Assembly (NCBI GenBank): GCA_965248055.1
Contig: CBDFIJ010000004.1
Location: forward strand, 1,408,001 to 1,472,000
Reading direction: 5' to 3'
DNA: 64,000 bases
From: Candidatus Multivoradales bacterium
GTDB taxonomy: Bacteria; Acidobacteriota; Thermoanaerobaculia; Multivoradales; JAHEKO01
Part shown: piece by piece, positions 60,693-64,000 of the stretch
How the letters are laid out: each line of letters opens with the position of its first letter
How positions within the stretch are numbered: position 1 is the stretch's first letter
Notes under the pieces: model-generated
What the model was told of the DNA's origin: nothing
The model's database searches: none
What the model saw: the letters and a program-made list of their open reading frames with translations, nothing else
Position numbers and translations under genes: made by a program

Positions 60693-60819
60693 GCGTTTGT
60701 ACTGAGGTCGTGCTCGGGTCGCTGAACGATCTCCAGAATAAGCGTAGTGCGGCCCGTGGTGGAGTGATCGAAATAGCCTCAACAAGCTGTGGCACTTCAC
60801 CTGTCCACTCAGCTCTCCC

Positions 60820-61431
60820 CTATGAAACTCGATTTCGATAAAGAGAAGGATCGACCACCGCCGCCATCGCGTCGACGTCCAGGTTGGCATCCAGAAATGA
60901 GGCAAGACGCTGGGCTTGGTCGAGCGGCTGTGCCAGGACTTCGTGGTAGGTCAGTTCGAGGGATTCAACATGATGATTGTTCTTAATGAAGTAGCGAGTA
61001 CGCCACAGGTCGCTTTCAAATAGGGTGCGCATTTGCTGGTCATCACCGTTGTTTTCTTCCCCGCGACGTTCCAGCATCTTCGCTTGCGACGCCAGAACCT
61101 CATCGATCTCACGCACCATGAATACCACTCGATAGTTGTTGTCGGCTGGTAGGTGGCGCACCAGGTAGGAGATGATCTTGATCGCTTTACCGCGAGCTTC
61201 GCGCAACCAAGACTTGTCGCCGTCTTTGGCAAGGTGCAGCACACGGTCGTCTTCGAAGTAGCCCTTGGGGTTGTCGATATCAGCTTCGCGCGCGCCGTCG
61301 GTCACTACCGGTACGCCTGCCGCATCGAGCATCTTCATCGCCATCGAAGTGCCGGACCTGGGAAGACCCGAAACGATGATGATCGGTTCGCCAAAACGTA
61401 CTTTGCGCAACCAACCGTAGATTCCACGCAC
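60820..61431 (-). CDS. Sulfotransferase family protein
   Basis: IIIVSGLPRSGTSM (5'-PSB loop), NPKGYFE, VR...EVLASQ; start reset to GTG at 61431. Confidence 0.85.
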   Translation of the reverse strand: MRGIYGWLRKVRFGEPIIIVSGLPRSGTSMAMKMLDAAGVPVVTDGAREADIDNPKGYFEDDRVLHLAKDGDKSWLREARGKAIKIISYLVRHLPADNNYRVVFMVREIDEVLASQAKMLERRGEENNGDDQQMRTLFESDLWRTRYFIKNNHHVESLELTYHEVLAQPLDQAQRLASFLDANLDVDAMAAVVDPSLYRNRVS

Positions 61432-61546
61432 AACTTTGACCCTCTTAGATAGAATACTTTTTCCGGGGCGAGCCGGGCCGAAAATCGGCCTTTTGACCAT
61501 GCCGCACCTAGGAAACCCTAGCACGGCTGATTCTGTTTTCTGCGCA

Positions 61547-63727
61547 ATGTTACTGACCCCCACTAGACGAGCTAATCGTCGCAAACTAACTCATAACTGG
61601 GGTTGGGTGTTGCTGGTTCTGGCTTTTGCATCGACGCCTGCGTCGGCCTACATTGGCCCAGGGGCAGGCTTTGCTTTGGTCACCAGTTTCGCCGTGGTTT
61701 TAGTCGCCTTGGTGGTCGCGATCTTGGCGATTCTCACCTGGCCTTTTCGCATGCTGTGGCGGGCGATCAAGAAACCCAAGCGCGGCAAGTCACGGATCAG
61801 GAGGTTGATTGTGGTCGGCTTGGATGGCCAAGACCCGCGCCTCACCGATCGGTTCATGGCCGAGGGAAAACTGCCTAACTTTCAGAAATTGGCCAAGCAG
61901 GGCAGCTACAGCAAACTGCGAACCACCTTCCCGTCGATCTCACCGGTCGCATGGTCGTCGTTCTCCACCGGCACCCACCCAGCTAAACACAATATCTACG
62001 ACTTTCTCGATCGAGACCGGCGTACTTATTTACCGGTTCTATCCTCCACCGACATCTCCAGCGTGCCGCGTCGCGGAGCGGGCGTGCTGTCCAAAATCAA
62101 GTTGGGCAAATACCGCATCCCTGCGGAGAAACCTCAGATTCGGCTGCTGCGCAAATCGAAGCCATTCTGGTCGATCCTCGGGGACCATTACATTTGGTCT
62201 ACCGTTCTGCGCGTTCCGATCACTTTTCCGCCGGATCATTTCTACGGCGCCCAACTGTCAGCAATGTGCGTTCCAGACTTGTTGGGAACCCAGGGCACGT
62301 TCTTGCTCTTCACATCGCGCCCGTCGGAAGCCAAGTTCAAAGAAGGTGGAATCCGGGTGCCGTTGACCAATGGCCAAGGTCCTGGGGTTTGGCAGGCTGA
62401 TCTCGAAGGACCGGAAAACTCCTACGTCGTCGGCGAGCCTGCGATGACGGTGCCGATGAAATTGGTCGTCGATGCCGATGGAAAGAGTGCGCAACTGACC
62501 TTAGGTAAAGAGACTGCGGACCTCACAGTCGGCGGTGGATTGAGTGACTGGATCAAGGCTGAGTTCAAGGCTGCTCCTGGGATCAAAGTTCCGGCGATTT
62601 GTCGGGTCCAATTGCTCGAGGCCAGTGAACACGTCTCTCTCTACATGACGCCGCTTAACCTGGACCCGGAAAGCCCGGCGATGCCGATCTCGCACCCTTC
62701 CTACTACGCCACCTATCTGGCGAAGAAAGTCGGCCCCTACTCGACCCTGGGATTGGCCGAGGACACTTGGGCGCTCAACGAAGAAGTCACCGACGACGCG
62801 ACCTTCCTGCAACAGACCTATGACATCGACAAAGAACGCCAGGCGATGTTCTTTGCCGGCCTGGAAAAGCAGAAAGAAGGGTCTTTGGTTTGTGTCTTCG
62901 ACGGTACCGACCGCATCCAGCACATGTTTTGGCGCTATCTTGAGGACGGCCATCCCGCCGCGGCAGGTAAAGAGGACGCTGAGCACCGCAATGCCATCGC
63001 TGAGCTCTATGAGTACAACGATGAGCTGGTCGGTCGGGTGATGGCCAAGCTCAAGACGGGCGATCTGCTGATGGTCCTCTCGGATCACGGCTTTGCGTCC
63101 TTCCGGCGTGGGGTCAACTTAAACACCTGGTTGCGAGCCCACGGATATTTGACCCTGAAGGACGGCTGCGACGGCAGCTCTGAGTGGTTGCAGGACGTCG
63201 ATTGGTCGCAAACCAAGGCGTTCTCGTTGGGACTGACCGGGGTGTTTCTCAACGTCAAAGGTCGAGAAGCGCAGGGAATCGTCAACCCCGGCGACGAGGC
63301 GCAGGCTCTGAAGGACGAACTGATCGGCAAGCTCAATGGCCTGCGCGACGACGAGAAGAACGAAGAAGGGATCACTGAGGTGTTTGACACCACCAAGCTC
63401 TACGGTGGCCCCTATCTGCGCAACGCGCCCGATCTATTGATCGGCTACAACCGCGGCTACCGTATTTCTTGGGACTCGGCCTCGGGGATGGTTTCCGGCC
63501 CGGTCTTTGAAGACAACACCAAGGCCTGGAGTGGTGACCACTGCGTTGACCCGAGACAGGTGCCTGGGGTGCTTTTCTGCAACGCCAAGATCGACGACGA
63601 CGACCCCTCCCTGGTAGACATCGCACCCACCGCCTTGGAACTGTTCGGCGTCAAACCGCCACAGCACATGGAGGGCAAAGCGCTGTTTTCTGCGAGCAAT
63701 CCGGTCCTCAGTGGAGACAAGTCATGA
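61547..63727 (+). CDS. Alkaline phosphatase superfamily protein (type I phosphodiesterase/NPP-like)
   Basis: VVGLDGQD, PSISPVAWSSF.TG, DRIQH, SDHGF, SGDH; signal peptide, AYIGPGAG, TM; start uncertain. Confidence 0.88.
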   Translation: MLLTPTRRANRRKLTHNWGWVLLVLAFASTPASAYIGPGAGFALVTSFAVVLVALVVAILAILTWPFRMLWRAIKKPKRGKSRIRRLIVVGLDGQDPRLTDRFMAEGKLPNFQKLAKQGSYSKLRTTFPSISPVAWSSFSTGTHPAKHNIYDFLDRDRRTYLPVLSSTDISSVPRRGAGVLSKIKLGKYRIPAEKPQIRLLRKSKPFWSILGDHYIWSTVLRVPITFPPDHFYGAQLSAMCVPDLLGTQGTFLLFTSRPSEAKFKEGGIRVPLTNGQGPGVWQADLEGPENSYVVGEPAMTVPMKLVVDADGKSAQLTLGKETADLTVGGGLSDWIKAEFKAAPGIKVPAICRVQLLEASEHVSLYMTPLNLDPESPAMPISHPSYYATYLAKKVGPYSTLGLAEDTWALNEEVTDDATFLQQTYDIDKERQAMFFAGLEKQKEGSLVCVFDGTDRIQHMFWRYLEDGHPAAAGKEDAEHRNAIAELYEYNDELVGRVMAKLKTGDLLMVLSDHGFASFRRGVNLNTWLRAHGYLTLKDGCDGSSEWLQDVDWSQTKAFSLGLTGVFLNVKGREAQGIVNPGDEAQALKDELIGKLNGLRDDEKNEEGITEVFDTTKLYGGPYLRNAPDLLIGYNRGYRISWDSASGMVSGPVFEDNTKAWSGDHCVDPRQVPGVLFCNAKIDDDDPSLVDIAPTALELFGVKPPQHMEGKALFSASNPVLSGDKS

Positions 63728-64000
63728 AACGGTCGCGAACTCTAGCCGGTTTGTTCGCCGTCGGGCTCACCGTCATCCTGGCCTGCGGGGACGCTCCAGA
63801 AGGTTACGAAAAAACCGTGATCGTCATCGGCATCGACGGCATGGACTGGGATTTCACCCAAAAGATGATCTCCGAAGGTCAGTTGCCGCATCTTGCCAAG
63901 CTGATGATCGAAGGACACGGACAGCCTCTGGAAACTTCAGTGCCACCGCTGTCACCGATCGCTTGGTCTGACTTCATCACCGGCATGGACTCCGGTGGAC
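63724..64000 (+). CDS. Second alkaline phosphatase superfamily protein, probable lipoprotein (partial)
   Basis: ATGA overlap; MKRSRTLAGLFAVGLTVILACGD...VIGIDGMDW...PPLSPIAWSDFITG; runs off the window. Confidence 0.85.
   Translation, partial: MKRSRTLAGLFAVGLTVILACGDAPEGYEKTVIVIGIDGMDWDFTQKMISEGQLPHLAKLMIEGHGQPLETSVPPLSPIAWSDFITGMDSGG

Noticed and set aside
1002-60820. Frequent TAG stop codons (possible pyrrolysine or recoding)
   Set aside because: The recognisable proteins are complete at their TAG stops, and no pyl genes are seen.
1092-63971. Numerous antisense and alternate-frame ORFs in the track
   Set aside because: Shadow ORFs of well-supported genes in GC-rich DNA.

Overview
A GC-rich bacterial chromosomal segment, probably Acidobacteriota (inferred from a GWxTD-like/VWA protein and the respiratory gene set). 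It is dominated by aerobic respiratory loci on the minus strand: an alternative complex III (actABCDEF) operon fused to an A2-type caa3 oxidase behind a perfect Rex-type operator; a split b6-type Rieske/cytochrome b complex with an octaheme cytochrome c and a cupredoxin-like lipoprotein; and a second, atypical A-family oxidase operon with ctaA/ctaB/sco whose subunit I lacks the K-channel lysine. Other genes include a two-permease RND system, xseAB, fhs, a membrane patatin, and a sulfotransferase with tandem alkaline-phosphatase-superfamily genes. The best feature missed by the ORF track is a probable selenoprotein: a 94-aa CMD/AhpD-like protein with an in-frame TGA in a CxxU motif and a well-placed SECIS hairpin. 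It lies in an ArsR/ArsP-type module whose two promoters share the same operator and near-leaderless layout. Three related MITE-like elements with a covarying hairpin sit at gene junctions inside the respiratory operons. No rRNA, tRNA, CRISPR array or transposase was recognised. All family calls come from motif recognition by eye, not database searches, and several start codons were re-chosen by hand.
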